Source of the DNA: Macrostomum lignano
Taxonomy: Eukaryota
Length of the DNA: 64,000 nucleotides
Reading direction: 5' to 3'
Assembly (NCBI GenBank): GCA_002269645.1
Contig: NIVC01002324.1
Location: 119,653-183,652, forward strand
The notes below the pieces were generated by a model, which worked only from the letters and a program-made list of their open reading frames with translations, did no database searches and had not been told where the DNA came from. Both the position numbers and the translations under genes were made by a program. Of this stretch, positions 51,698 through 64,000 are shown piece by piece. Position 1 is the first letter of the stretch; each line of letters opens with the position of its first letter.

Positions 51698-53043
51698 GCA
51701 ACTGCACCCCCAATTTAAGGCAGATGAGCATCCATGGGTTTTATCCATCCATGATATAATCATGCTGTGTGATTCCTCGCAAAGTTTTATATATGACTTT
51801 GCTTGCCCAGTCTATATTATGGGTAGGCTGCCTGAGTTGAAACGCGATTGAAACGCTCTACATTTGTCCGCCGTCACTGTCTATGGTCAAAGCAAATCTG
51901 CTCACGACTGATTTAAGCATGGGTAAAATTGGATAACTTTTCGTCTCAGTATATTTCACTGAGAGAGCAAACACAACATGAATGAAACACGAAATAAACG
52001 AAAGAATTCAGTAAATAACGTGGTTAACGTGGTTGCGTAGTTCATCAATAGTTACCTCAAATACATGGTCGTAGTTTGAAACTGCAATCCACGACACATC
52101 TGTCTAGCGTGGTGTAATGTTGAATGCGCTTCGATTGGACAATTCTGCGTCAATCAACTGCTGCTGTCTTACGCTCAGACCAGTCCACTAACTAACTTCT
52201 TCACCAGGATCACGATGTCCAAGTTGCTGCAGAAACACAATCTCATTCATTTCTAAACCGCTAATATCTTCCTCTAGTATTGATTCCCAGTGAAACATGG
52301 CTAGTTCCGAACCTTTAAAGCTGTTTAAATCTTATTTTTCTCTCCCACCCACCAGGAGAAGAATGCTTCAAATTCTATTTGGGTTTCAACCATAGACAGT
52401 CTCCGCGGACTGCGAAACCGCCACTAAGCATATAGCTAAAGCTTTTTCAACCATAGACAGTTTCTGTGGACGTGAAACCGCGTTGTGCGTCCGCGCTTCA
52501 GCCTATACCCATAACACTATGGCGCTACACACCTCGGCGTTTCAGTTCATTTCAGTCCTCAACAGCCAGTCTATATTATTATATTGTGACAACGAAACCA
52601 GCTCAATTTGACCTCCTTTACCGCTACCCTTGCTTTTCTCTGACGTAAAATGATTTTGCCTCATTGTAAAACGCCTTAGCGATGCACCAGCGATACCACA
52701 AATATCCGTTCCTTACCTGCCGACAGCTCATTTCTAAGAAAACCGATTGTAGTGTCTTCCTACTTAGGCTGTCCATGACTGTTTTAACCTCAGGCTAGGC
52801 TCAATTGCATACTGGACAATAAAATTTCATTAATTTTACGCTTCACTCAAAGTCGCAAGCTCGTAGTCTCGTGCATCAAGTGGGTTTCACAAACGTGAAA
52901 TTTCACTACCGCTAAAAGCAATTGCTTTCATAGCTTTCATAACCTTCATAACTTCACAACCGCTAATATTTTCGCACTTAATTTCATATACTGCAGTCTT
53001 TTTAGCGGTTGTGAAATTTTGCGTTTGTGAAAGCAACCCCGTG

Positions 53044-53226
53044 CATCCAGCTATATCCAGCTAATCCAGCTAATCCAGCTAATCAAGCTAATCCAGCTAA
53101 TCCAGCTAATCCAGCTAATTCAGCTAATCCAGCTAATCCAGCTAATCCAGCTAATCCAGCTAATCCAGCTATATCAAGCTAATCCAGCTAATCCAGCTAA
53201 TCCAGCTAATCCAGCTATATCCAGCT
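53044..53226. repeat. 9-bp tandem repeat CCAGCTAAT
   Basis: About 20 copies, ~150 bp upstream of the lectin ATG. Confidence 0.9.
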
Positions 53227-53370
53227 GATGTCTCATGGTTGGCAGCCATTGGTTGCGTAGAATGAATGTAAGTCACTCTTTAAGTCATCAGAACCACAAC
53301 TTTTCTGAACGTTAGCGAGCAGCAGAGCTCCAAGAGTTTTTCTAAGTCTGATTTTGCAGCGCTCAGAGGG

Positions 53371-53642
53371 ATGAACCTGAAAATAGGAGTAAGATCTGTC
53401 CAAATATTAGCCTTAATTTTGAGCTCACTCGCCACTGCTACTGCTGTTAACGAGTTTGACAGCGAACTTGAGTCGTTGGTCAGTCCGAATGGCTCGGTCT
53501 TCTTGTACGCCTATCTCAGATCCATCGCCAACACAGAGCAGGACGTAATTAATGACTGTTCCGCGGTGAACGGCACGCCAGCCTCTGCGTTGGAAGATGA
53601 CGGTCTCCAGGCTTACCTCAACTACTTTGCTGGCAATAGCAG
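53371..53642 (+). CDS. Secreted multi-C-type-lectin/CCP protein, exon 1 (model: join 53371-53642, 54917-55471, 56128-56417, 57942-58134, 59209-59482, 60539-60542, 61434-61736, 3' end unresolved)
   Basis: Signal peptide MNLKIGVRSVQILALILSSLATATA; donor AG|gtgtga, phase 2, matches exon 2. Confidence 0.72.
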
Positions 53643-53689
53643 GTGTGAATTTCTTTTTATTGAATGATTTTGCAGTCACTTAAGCCTTT

Positions 53690-54830
53690 CTGTAGCTGTC
53701 ACAGTCCCACCGGTTCCTCTGTAGCTGTCACAGTCCCACCGGTTCCTCTGTAGCTGTCACAGTCCCACCGGTTCCTCTGTAGCTGTCACAGTCCCACCGG
53801 TTCCTCTGTAGCTGCCACAGTCCCACCGGTTCCTCTGTAGCTGCCACAGTCCCACCGGTTCCTCTGTAGCTGTCACAGTCCCACCGGTTCCTCTGTAGCT
53901 GCCACAGTCCCACCGGTTCCTCTGTAGCTGTCACAGTCCCACCGGTTCCTCTGTAGCTGTCACAGTCCCACCGGTTCCTCTGTAGCTGTCACAGTCCCAC
54001 CGGTCTCTCTGTAGCTGCCACAGTCCCACCGGTTCCTCTGTAGCTGTCACAGTCCCACCGGTCTCTCTGTAGCTGCCACAGTCCCACCGGTCCCTCTGTA
54101 GCTGTCACAGTCCCACCGGTCTCTCTGTAGCTGCCACAGTCCCACCGGTCTCTCTGTAGCTGCCACAGTCCCACCGGTCCCTCTGTAGCTGTCACAGTCC
54201 CACCGGTTCCTCTGTAGCTGTCACAGTCCCACCGGTCTCTCTGTAGCTGCCACAGTCCCACCGGTCCCTCTGTAGCTGTCACAGTCCCACCGCGGTCCCT
54301 CTGTAGCTGTCACAGTCCCACCGCGGTCCCTCTGTAGCTGTCACAGTCCCACCGCGGTCCCTCTGTAGCTGTCACAGCCCCATCCAGTCCCTCTATAGCT
54401 GTCACAGTCCCACCGGTCCCTCTGTAGCTGTCACAGTCCCACCGGTCCCTCTGTAGCTGTCACAGTCCCACCGGTCCCTCTGTAGCTGTCACAGTCCCAC
54501 CGGTCCCTCTGTAGCTGTCACAGTCCCACCGGTCTCTCTGTAGCTGTCACAGTCCCACCGGTCCCTCTGTAGCTGTCACAGTCCCACCGGTCTCTCTGTA
54601 GCTGTCACAGTCCCACCGGTCCCTCTGTAGCTGTCACAATCAAACCGGTCCCTCTGTAGCTGTCACAGTCCCACCGGTCCCTCTGTAGCTGTCACAATCA
54701 AACCGGTCCCTCTGTAGCTGTCACAGTCCCACCGGTCTCTCTGTAGCTGTCACAGTCCCACCGGTCTCTCTGTAGCTGTCACAGTCCCACCGGTCTCTCT
54801 GTAGCTGTCACAGTCCCATCCAGTACTTCT
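53690..54830. repeat. Intronic 29-bp minisatellite TCTGTAGCTGTCACAGTCCCACCGGTTCC
   Basis: About 39 copies. Confidence 0.93.
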
Positions 54831-54916
54831 GTACCTGTTAGCTGTTACAGTGCCACCTAGCCTCCTGCCTATGACATCATCATACTTATTTTTTAATCGT
54901 CTCAAACCCTCACCAG

Positions 54917-55471
54917 CATCTATGACGAATTCGGTCCCAACGGCTGGCAGAAGCGCCTGCTTTACCGTTTCAATGCTTCCGTGGGGCTCAACGGCACCTA
55001 CGTGTGGGAGAACGGCGACCCGATCCAGCTGGCCAACGCCAACTCATCAGCCAGCAACTCGTCCACGTCATTCGCGCTTCTAATCTCGCTAAATCCAAAC
55101 CCAAACGCCGACTCTTTTGCCAGCGTCACGGCCTGCCAAGCGTCGCCAAGCACTTCGCTGAGCCTCATCCGAGTTGCTGTGAACCAGTCCTCTGCGGTGT
55201 CGCACGGCTGGCGAGCTCTCTGCTCAACGACCGGCTCGGCCACCGGACTGTCCGGCTGTCCGGCCGGAGACGGCTGGCGACGGCAGGACACAGGTGGCGG
55301 ACACCAGTGCGTGCGCCAGAGACCTGCAGGCAGCGGCGGGACTGACGGAGCTGCTCGCCAGTTTTGCGCGGCTGGGGCCACTGCTGGCCGGCTGGCTCGG
55401 TTCAACTCGCTGGCTCAGGCCACCGCGGCGGCCTGCGGTGCGGCCGACTGGCTGCTGCGCCGGAGGAACTT
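54917..55471 (+). CDS. Lectin gene exon 2 (end of CTLD-like domain 1, start of CTLD 2)
   Basis: ctcaccag|; GLNGTYVWENGDP and GCPAGDGW...QCV...ARQFC...GRLARF; TT|gtgagg, phase 2. Confidence 0.75.
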
Positions 55472-55492
55472 GTGAGGGCTTCTGAGCTGGCA

Positions 55493-56080
<588 letters not shown>

Positions 56081-56127
56081 TACTTCACAAATTCGAAACA
56101 CAACGTACTTACTCGCCATCATTCCAG

Positions 56128-56417
56128 TCCAATTTTGGCAGGCGGGCTCCGCCGCAACGTCAGCTGGTCTCTGGAGTGGCTGATTGACGCCTCACGGAAG
56201 CCGCTGAGCTCTGTCGCACAGGATATCTATCCCGAAAAGCAGCCGACACACGCGGACTCCTGCCTGGCGATCAGCTGCTATAAGAGCATCGGCCACGACG
56301 AGTTCGACTGCTCAAGCATCTTCCTGTCCTGCATTTTTGACTCGGCGATTTATCTGAGCACAGCGCAGCACCAGCTGCTCACAGTCTGCCAGACGGACTG
56401 GTCTGCCGCCACCACGA
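56128..56417 (+). CDS. Lectin gene exon 3 (second half of CTLD 2)
   Basis: attccag|, phase 2; [36 protein letters not shown]; A|gtgagc, phase 1. Confidence 0.7.
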
Positions 56418-56454
56418 GTGAGCAGGAGCGACTGTTCTCACGAGGCCTGCCTGC

Positions 56455-57610
56455 CTGTCACCATGAGACTCACAACCTACCACAATGAGACTCTCACCCT
56501 ACCACCATGAGACTCGCACCCTACCGCCATGAGACTCTCACCCTACCACCATGAGACTCTCACCCTACCACCATGAGACTCACAACCTACCACCATGAGA
56601 CTCACAACCTACTACCGTGAGACTCACAACCTACCACCATGAGACTCACACCCTACCACCATGAGACTCTCACCCTACCACCATGAGACTCTCACCCTAC
56701 CACCATGAGACTCTCACCCTACCACCATGAGACTCTCACCCTACCACCATGAGACTCACAACCTACCACCATGAGACTCTCACCCTACCACCATGAGACT
56801 CTCACCCTACCACCATGAGACTCTCACCCTACCACCATGAGACTCACACCCTACCACCATGAGACTCACACCCTACCACCATGAGACTCACAACCTACTA
56901 CCGTGAGACTCACAACCTACCACCATGAGACTCACAACCTACTACCGTGAGACTCACAACCTACCACCATGAGACTCACACCCTACCACCATGAGACTCT
57001 CACCCTACCACCATGAGACTCTCACCCTACCACCATGAGACTCTCACCCTACCACCATGAGACTCTCACCCTACCACCATGAGACTCACAACCTACCACC
57101 ATGAGACTCTCACCCTACCACCATGAGACTCTCACCCTACCACCATGAGACTCTCACCCTACCACCATGAGACTCACACCCTACCACCATGAGACTCACA
57201 CCCTACCACCATGAGACTCACAACCTACTACCGTGAGACTCACAACCTACCACCATGAGACTCACAACCTACTACCGTGAGACTCACAACCTACCACCAT
57301 GAGACTTTCACCCTACCACCATGAGACTCTCACCCTACCACCATGAGACTCTCACCCTACCACCATGAGACTCTCACCTTACCACCATACCACCATGAGA
57401 CTCACACCCTACCGCCATGAGACTCACACCCTACCGCCATGAGACTCACACCCTACCACCATGAGACTCTCACCCTACCACCATGAGACTCTCACCCTAC
57501 CGCCACGAGACTCACACCCTACCACCATGAGACTCACACCCTACTACCGTGAGACTCACAACCTACCACCATGAGACTCTCACCCTACCGCCATGAGACT
57601 CTCACTCACC
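56455..57610. repeat. Intronic 22-bp minisatellite CACCATGAGACTCTCACCCTAC
   Basis: About 50 copies. Confidence 0.93.
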
Positions 57611-57941
57611 CTACCACCTTCGCGACATGAGACTTCTCAGAAAGCGGCCTTCTGAGCATGAGAACCCACCCCCAGCATGAGAGTCCCAGCCTCATGAAAG
57701 ACAGTTGACCTGCTCACAAAGACAGAAGTCTATTTGAGAACAGTACCATTGGCCCAGAAGCAGAGCTTTCAATGAAAGCACGAATCGTGTCACTACAGGA
57801 AATAGAGAAGAATTTTTCTCCCGGCAAATTCGACTCTTCCCCATTCAAAGAAGGTGGGGATTTGGTAGAACAACAAAAGAACTTCTTGCAATGCCCAGAC
57901 CTGATGCGTGCTCGTCCCCGACCCGTTGCATCCTTCCGCAG

Positions 57942-58134
57942 GCTGCTCCACCGGTTCCCCAGCCTACTGCAGGGTTGCAGACTCCAGCCGGTGCATCAGG
58001 GGGCTGCTGCAGTCGAACACGAGCCTGGCAAACCGGAAACTGACCTGCTCTGCGGATGGGGCCGGTTTGTGGCGCCCTGAAAACTTGTCTGAGGCGGTGG
58101 CCGCGGCTGCACTGCTGCAACAGCAGCTCAACCT
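57942..58134 (+). CDS. Lectin gene exon 4 (start of CTLD-like domain 3)
   Basis: ccttccgcag|, phase 1; SCSTGSPAYCRVADSSRCIRG...LTCSADGAGLWRP; CT|gtgagt, phase 2. Confidence 0.68.
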
Positions 58135-58179
58135 GTGAGTGTGGAACCTGGATCAATACCAGTACTGTGTTACAACTCA

Positions 58180-59200
58180 TAAACTGATTCATAAACTCAT
58201 AAAATGATCGCAGTCACACTCATAAACTGATTTATAAACTCAAAAACAGATTCATAAACTCATAAACCAACTCACAAATTACTCGTGAATTCATAAAGTG
58301 ACTCATAAACTCATCAACTGACTCATAAACTCATCAACTGACTCATAAACTCATAAACTGACTCATAAACTCATAAAATGACTTATAAACTCATAAACTG
58401 GCTCATAAACTCATAAAATGACTTATAAACTAATAAAGTGACTCATCAACTGACTCATAAACTCATAAACTGACTCATAAACTCATAAAATGACTTATAA
58501 ACTCATAAACTGGCTCATAAACTCATAAACTGATTCATAAACTGACTCATAAACTCATAAAATGACTTATGAACTCATAAACTGGCTCATAAACTCATAA
58601 ACTGATTCATAAACTAACTCATAAACTCATAAAATGACTTATAAACTAATAAAGTGACTCATCAACTGACTCATAAACTCATAAACTGACTCATAAACTC
58701 ATAAAATGACTTATAAACTCATAAACTGGCTCATAAACTCATAAATTGATTCATAAACTGACTCATAAACTCATAAAATGACTTATAAACTCATAAAGTG
58801 ACTCATAAACTCATAAACTGATTCATAAACACATAAAATGATCGGAGTCACACTCATAAACAGATTCATAAACTCATAAACCAACTCACAAATTACTCGT
58901 GAATTCATAAAGTGACTCATAAACTCATCAACTGACTCATAAACTCATAAACTGGCTCATAAACTCATAAAATGACTCATAAACTCACAAACTGGTTTAA
59001 AAACTCATAAACTGACTCATAAACTCATAAACTGATTTATAAACTCATAAACTCACTCATAAACTCACTCATAAACTCACTCATAAACTCACTCATAAAC
59101 TCACTCATAAACTGACTCATAAACTCACTCATAAACTCACTCATAAACTCACTCATAAACTCCATAAACTCACTCATAAACTCACTCATAAACTCACTCA
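58180..59200. repeat. Intronic AAACTCAT/AAACTGACTCAT compound repeat
   Basis: Runs right up to the exon-5 acceptor. Confidence 0.9.
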
Positions 59201-59208
59201 CTCCGCAG

Positions 59209-59482
59209 CTCCAGCAGCATTCACACTCTCACGCTGTTCACCGGAGCCGTTCTGCACCTTCGCACCACCTGGCCAGACCAGCAACCCCCGCCCGGCCTGG
59301 CAGCCTCCCTGACTCTCCTGACGATGTCGAATGTCTCGAACCCCTACTATCCGAGTCTGGGAAACTCGCTGATCTCCGGGCAGCTCTGCGTCTCTCTGAG
59401 CACCGCCCTCGGGCAAATCGCCAGCCCGCTGCTCCTTGAGCATCCGTGCGACTTCTTCACGGCTCACTATTTATGCGTTATT
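59209..59482 (+). CDS. Lectin gene exon 5 (second half of CTLD-like domain 3)
   Basis: ctccgcag|, phase 2; GQLCVSL...LLEHPCDFFTAHYLCVI; ATT|gtgagt, phase 0. Confidence 0.7.
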
Positions 59483-59559
59483 GTGAGTAGAAAAATGTAC
59501 TTTTGAATGCTCCCATAGAAACTCGATAGAATTTCTAGCATTGTTTACAAGCCTATGGT

Positions 59560-60320
59560 ATGCTTGCCTTCCCTGTTCCATCTCCCTCCCCACCCTTCTT
59601 TCCTTCCCTTCCCTTTATCTATTTTCACCCTTCTCTCCTTTCCGTCTAGTCCTTTGGCTCTTCATCTTTCCACTTCTCTACCTCTCCCTCCCCTTTCACT
59701 ATTTTGTTGTTCCTCTCTCCCTTTCCCTCTCTCCTTCTCTACCTCTCCCTCTCCCTCTCCCTCTCCCTCTCCCTCTCCCTCTCCTCTCCCTCTTTTCTCT
59801 CTCTCTCCCTCTCTCCTTCTCTCCCTCTCCCTCTCCCCCTCTCCCTCTCCCTCTCTCCTCTCCCTCTTTTCTCTCTCCCTCTCCCTCTCTCCCTCTGTCC
59901 TTCTCTCTTTCTCTCCCTCTCCCCCTTTCCCTCTCCCCTCTCCCTCTCCCCCTCTACCTCTCCCCTCTCCCTCTCCCTCTCTCCTCTCCCTCTTTTCTCT
60001 CTCCCTCTCCCTCTCTCCCTCTATCCTTCTCTCTTTCTCTCCCTCTCCCCCTTTCCCTCTCCCCCTCTCTCTCTCCCTCTCTCCTCCCCCTCTCCCGTCT
60101 CCCGTCTCCCCCTCTTCTCTCCCTCTCCCTCTCTCCTTCTCTCCCCCACCCTCTCTCCTTCTCTTCCTCACCCTCTCTCCTCTCCCTCTGTCCTTCTCTC
60201 CTTCTCTCCCTCTCCCTTTTCCTCTCTCCTCTCCCTCTCTCTCCCTCTCTCCCTCTGTCCTTCTCTTTTTCTCTACCTTTCCCTGTCTCCCTATATCTAC
60301 AACTCTCTTCCTCTATCCTC
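59560..60320. repeat. Intronic polypyrimidine (CT-rich) tract
   Basis: Almost pure C/T. Confidence 0.9.
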
Positions 60321-60538
60321 CTTTCCAAGGTGGTAGGAGATATTTTGATCATTCCATAATTTTTGACTCCTTGCTTTGGAAAAGACATGGAAATCTCAAA
60401 TATAATACCATACATACTAGTATCAGTAGTCTCGTATGTAGTAAATTTTCATTTCCAAAGTAAATGAGCTGTTTAGTTCAGCCAAACTTCACTTAAACTG
60501 TGCCAAAAATTCTAAAAAAGCGTCATTTCTATTTTTAG

Positions 60539-60542
60539 CCTG
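60539..60542 (+). CDS. Predicted 4-nt microexon (CCTG) of the lectin gene
   Basis: tttctatttttag|CCTG|gtaagt; converts phase 0 (exon 5) to phase 1 (CCP exon). Confidence 0.6.
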
Positions 60543-60929
60543 GTAAGTCGGAGAAGCAAGTGGCGCATGAAAGCAGACTAAAACAAGTTTGCAGCGATTC
60601 TATCTTTACTTTTTTTCTAAGCAAAACATTTGCAACTACGTCTCTCTTGTGGCCTTATGGTTTCACTTCTATTCTGGCAGTAGGCTTGCGAATGCTTCTA
60701 GCTGCAGCTATCTTCATCTAATATTTACATACCTATCTCTGAAATCTGTGAAGCTTTATTTTGTTGCCTGAATTAGACCATTTAACACAGCAGTATTCTT
60801 TAATTGTGGCGTCAAGTCATGGTCAGAGTCCGATGCCCCGAGCCCCCCCCCGCAGCTGAGTCAGGTTAGAGGGGCGCCAGTAACCAACTAGGGCTCGCCA
60901 TCTTGGGGACGCCGTTTTAGGGGGTTGTA

Positions 60930-61395
60930 GCTCCAAGGGGCTTTGGCTACAAGGGGCTTTAGCACCAAGGGGCTTTGGCTCCAAGGGGCTTTGGCACCAA
61001 GGGGCTTTGGCACCAAGGGGCTTTGGCACCAAGGGGCTTTAGCACCAAGGGGCTTTAACACCAAGGGGCTTTGGCTCCAAGGGGCTTTGGCTCCAAGGGG
61101 CTTTAGCACCAAGGGGCTTTAGCACCAAGGGGCTTTGGCTCCAAGGGGCTTTAGCACCAAGGGGGCTTTAACACCAAGGGGCTTTGGCTCCAAGGGGCTT
61201 TGGCTCCAAGGGGCTTTAGCACCAAATGGCTTTAGCACCAGAATGCTAGTAACCTAGTAAGGTAGGTGGGATTCATAGGATGGTATTGCTAGTGTGGGAT
61301 TGATAGGGTGGGATTGATAGGGTGGGATTGATAGGGTGGGATTGATAGGGTGGGATTGATAGGGTGGGATTGATAGTGTGGGATTGATAGTGTGG
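60930..61395. repeat. 16-bp (CACCAAGGGGCTTTGG) and 15-bp (GGGATTGATAGGGTG) intronic minisatellites
   Basis: About 60930-61240 and 61290-61395. Confidence 0.88.
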
Positions 61396-61433
61396 GAACA
61401 CAATCAAAAGCAAATTCGCTCCCCAAATCGCAG

Positions 61434-61736
61434 AGGCCTCCGCCTGCCGGGGCTCCCAGGCCAGCTGGCTGCTGTCGGCAGGGCTGGACCTGTCCGACAA
61501 TCCGCAGCTGGCCGAGTTCCCAGAATTCTCCCTGCCTGGCCGGCACTACCGGCTCGGCTGCCGGCCCGGACTCCGGTTCTCCGGCTGCGGCAGCGAGTCC
61601 GCCGCGGTGACGCTGAACTGCAGCCGGGGCTCCGGCAACGGCAGCAGCGGCTGGTGGCTGGACAGTCCGGGACTGGCCGGCTGCGGTGGCTTCCCCCGGC
61701 CGCTGGGTTCCGGCGGCTCGCCCTGCGTGCCTACTG
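61434..61736 (+). CDS. Lectin gene exon encoding a Sushi/CCP-like module
   Basis: aatcgcag|; AC...[13 protein letters not shown]...VTLNC...GWW...GC; phase 1-1, as is typical of CCP exons; G|gtgagc donor. Confidence 0.65.
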
Positions 61737-61742
61737 GTGAGC

Positions 61743-62012
<270 letters not shown>

Positions 62013-62983
62013 TTCCTTAGTATCTGTGAGCAAGTGAGCAGGTAAGCTGTAAGGTAAGCTCTTGCTTGATGGTTAGCAAATCATCTGATGTGGAGCGTGG
62101 GGTCTGGAGTGCTCGAAATGAACTGCAAATTGTATTTTCGCGCAGAAAGTTGCATCCAACGTATGCAATTGCACGAGTCACGTTATTCCCGAGGCAATTC
62201 CACGGAGTTCCCTTTTGGAAAGAAGGTTTATATATTTTTCAGTAATACCAGGTAATTAATTGTACGAGCTATGTGCCGGAATTGCCATGGAATTGCCGCG
62301 GAAAATCAGCCTTGGTTAGTACGGGTTGAAGCGTGCAACCGGAGGCTTTCCCGAGGCAGTTCCATGGCTAAGCCAGCTAAGACAACTATTCATAAAACCT
62401 GCCGCGGAATTGTGAGCCAGGCCAGAAGACAGAAGTGGTGCAGGGCAGCTGAAATGCCCAGAGAGCTCACGCACTTTCTAAATCGGTGCTACCTTGTAGC
62501 TGCTCTTGTCTGCATGGCAAACTGAAAACTCAGACAGCGAAACCGGTTTAAACCGGTTCTGCCTACCAACTGAGTCACGCGGTAAGTCTCGGGACTTCTA
62601 TTTTTTGTTATTTTTGCGTGGTATAGTTTAGCTGCAATATACGTTGATCTAACGTAGCCCAATGTATGCGAATTGAGGTTTTTCTCTCTCTATGCCATTG
62701 CAGGGCTGCCTGTCTTTCTTTCACTGCTTGAATTGCTTCGTCTGTCTACAAGGTACTAGAAGTTTTGAAGCTTGCTTTCCTGCAGCCTGCAATTCAGATT
62801 GACCTATCAACTCAACTTTTACAAATATTATTTTATATAATATAGTCTGCATTTCATTTTTTTCAATAAAATTTTAAAAACAACAACATTATGTAAAAAT
62901 TGAATCGGTATTTACAAATCTGCACCTTTATATTTATGCTTTGCAAAAAACACAAAAATGTTTTGTGTACAGAGATATAATTC

Positions 62984-63726
62984 CTAGGTGATTCGGACAC
63001 TCAGGTGAGCATCCAGGTGAGCTCTGCAGATCGGACACCTGGCCCGCTGTTCCATGCTGATCCGGCCGAAGCAGCTCCGGCAGCAGCAGAGATGCCCGCA
63101 CGGCAGCAGGAGAACCTGCAGCGGCTGGGCGAAGCAGATCCGACATTCCAGACCGGCGGGCATCTTGACTTCGTCCGCGGTTTCGAAGCCGGGAAACTGG
63201 GCTGGCCGGTTGAAGACGGCGCACTTCGCCGCTAGGTCTCTGGCCTGCTGCGGCAGCTGCTCATCTCGAGGCTTCGCAACCGCTGAGCCTCTGTGGGCTG
63301 TTGACGGAGCTGCAGCAGCTCGGCAGCCCGAGGGTTCGCCGCCAGAGTCTGAGCTGTTTCGGTGCTTAGACCGGCGAGCAGGACCAGATGAGCTGGTCCT
63401 GTCGGGGCTGCTGCAGCATCGGGCGCACGATGAACTCCAGCAGGATGTCAGGCCGTTGGTCCAGCTGCAGGCGGAGATGCTGGCACTGAGGAGACCGCAG
63501 GGCGTGTGGCAGCCAGGCGTTGGTGTGGCGGACCAGTCGCTGATACTGCAGCCGCAACTGAAGCAAGTGGCTTCGCCCTGGCTGTTGGAAGAGCATAGAA
63601 GCCGCTGTCAGCCAGCTGACATGGCTGAATGTACTGCGGGTACCAGTGAGCTGCGATGGACTGCAGCCGATTCTCCCATTGAGAATAGTCCATTTGGATC
63701 TCATGGCCTGACAGAGGCGAAGCCAT
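62984..63726 (-). pseudogene. IAP: Intronless inhibitor-of-apoptosis gene (one BIR plus C-terminal RING) interrupted by at least 3 frameshifts
   Basis: BIR pieces lie in three frames: RLQSIAAHW..QPCQLADSGFYAL / QGEATCFSCGCSISDW / TNAWLPHALRSPQCQHL; the RING ECRICFAQPLQVLLLPCGHLCCCRSC...CPICR ends at TAG 62984-62986. Pseudogene versus sequencing error is unresolved. Confidence 0.8.
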
Positions 63727-64000
63727 ATCAGCAGTTTTAATAATATTAAAGCTTAATTCTTGCTACGGTTTTATTAAACGAAGGAAAACCCGCGGCAATT
63801 CCATGAAGGGCCGGGTTTTATGCACTGTGCAGTGTACACACGAACTGGGGGGAGGGGGGAAGGGAGAGCAGAGCGGGAATAGAGAAGTACATGTAGTATA
63901 TGCGGTCGGACAGTAAAGTGTACACTTGGCACAGTACACTCCCTAGCGTAAAAACTGAAGTTCTCTTTTTTAAATGTACAAACACATTCAGCGCTACTAC

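Noticed and set aside
52878-53039. 36-bp inverted arms flanked by CGTGCATC direct repeats
   Set aside because: Possible old MITE, but the termini do not match each other; not called as a feature.
63054-63740. 228-aa plus-strand ORF
   Set aside because: No recognisable domain; it is antisense to clear BIR and RING motifs and best explained as a shadow.

Overview
Repeat-dense eukaryotic (animal) genomic DNA; no prokaryotic operons, rRNA, tRNA or CRISPR arrays were recognised. The GC-rich poly-Ala/Gln exons, satellite-filled introns and flatworm-like GPx motif suggest a free-living flatworm such as Macrostomum (inference only). Genes read from the sequence: (1) a teashirt/TSHZ zinc-finger gene (-, 12652-14175); (2) a 4-exon LZTS/Fez1 coiled-coil gene (+, 34165-38442); (3) a 4-exon GPx4-type selenoprotein gene (+, 40479-46183) with an in-frame UGA, a 3'UTR SECIS candidate, an N-terminal leader and a C-terminal KDEL; (4) a single-pass membrane protein with PPxY motifs (-, 49343-50077); (5) a secreted multi-C-type-lectin plus CCP-like gene (+, 53371 to at least 61736) whose frame is only closed by a 4-nt microexon; (6) an intronless BIR+RING IAP broken by several frameshifts (-, 62984-63726). 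Mobile DNA: an intact RTE-clade LINE (23365-26558), five non-autonomous DNA elements with TIRs and 8-bp TSDs, a nested mariner relic, a 111-bp MITE present in both filled and empty form, and several palindromic MITE-like relics. Most of the remainder is mini- and microsatellite, which explains most long ORFs in the supplied track. Most notable: the Sec-GPx4 with leader and KDEL, the microexon, the frameshifted IAP, and an identical interruption pattern shared by distant GACA arrays.
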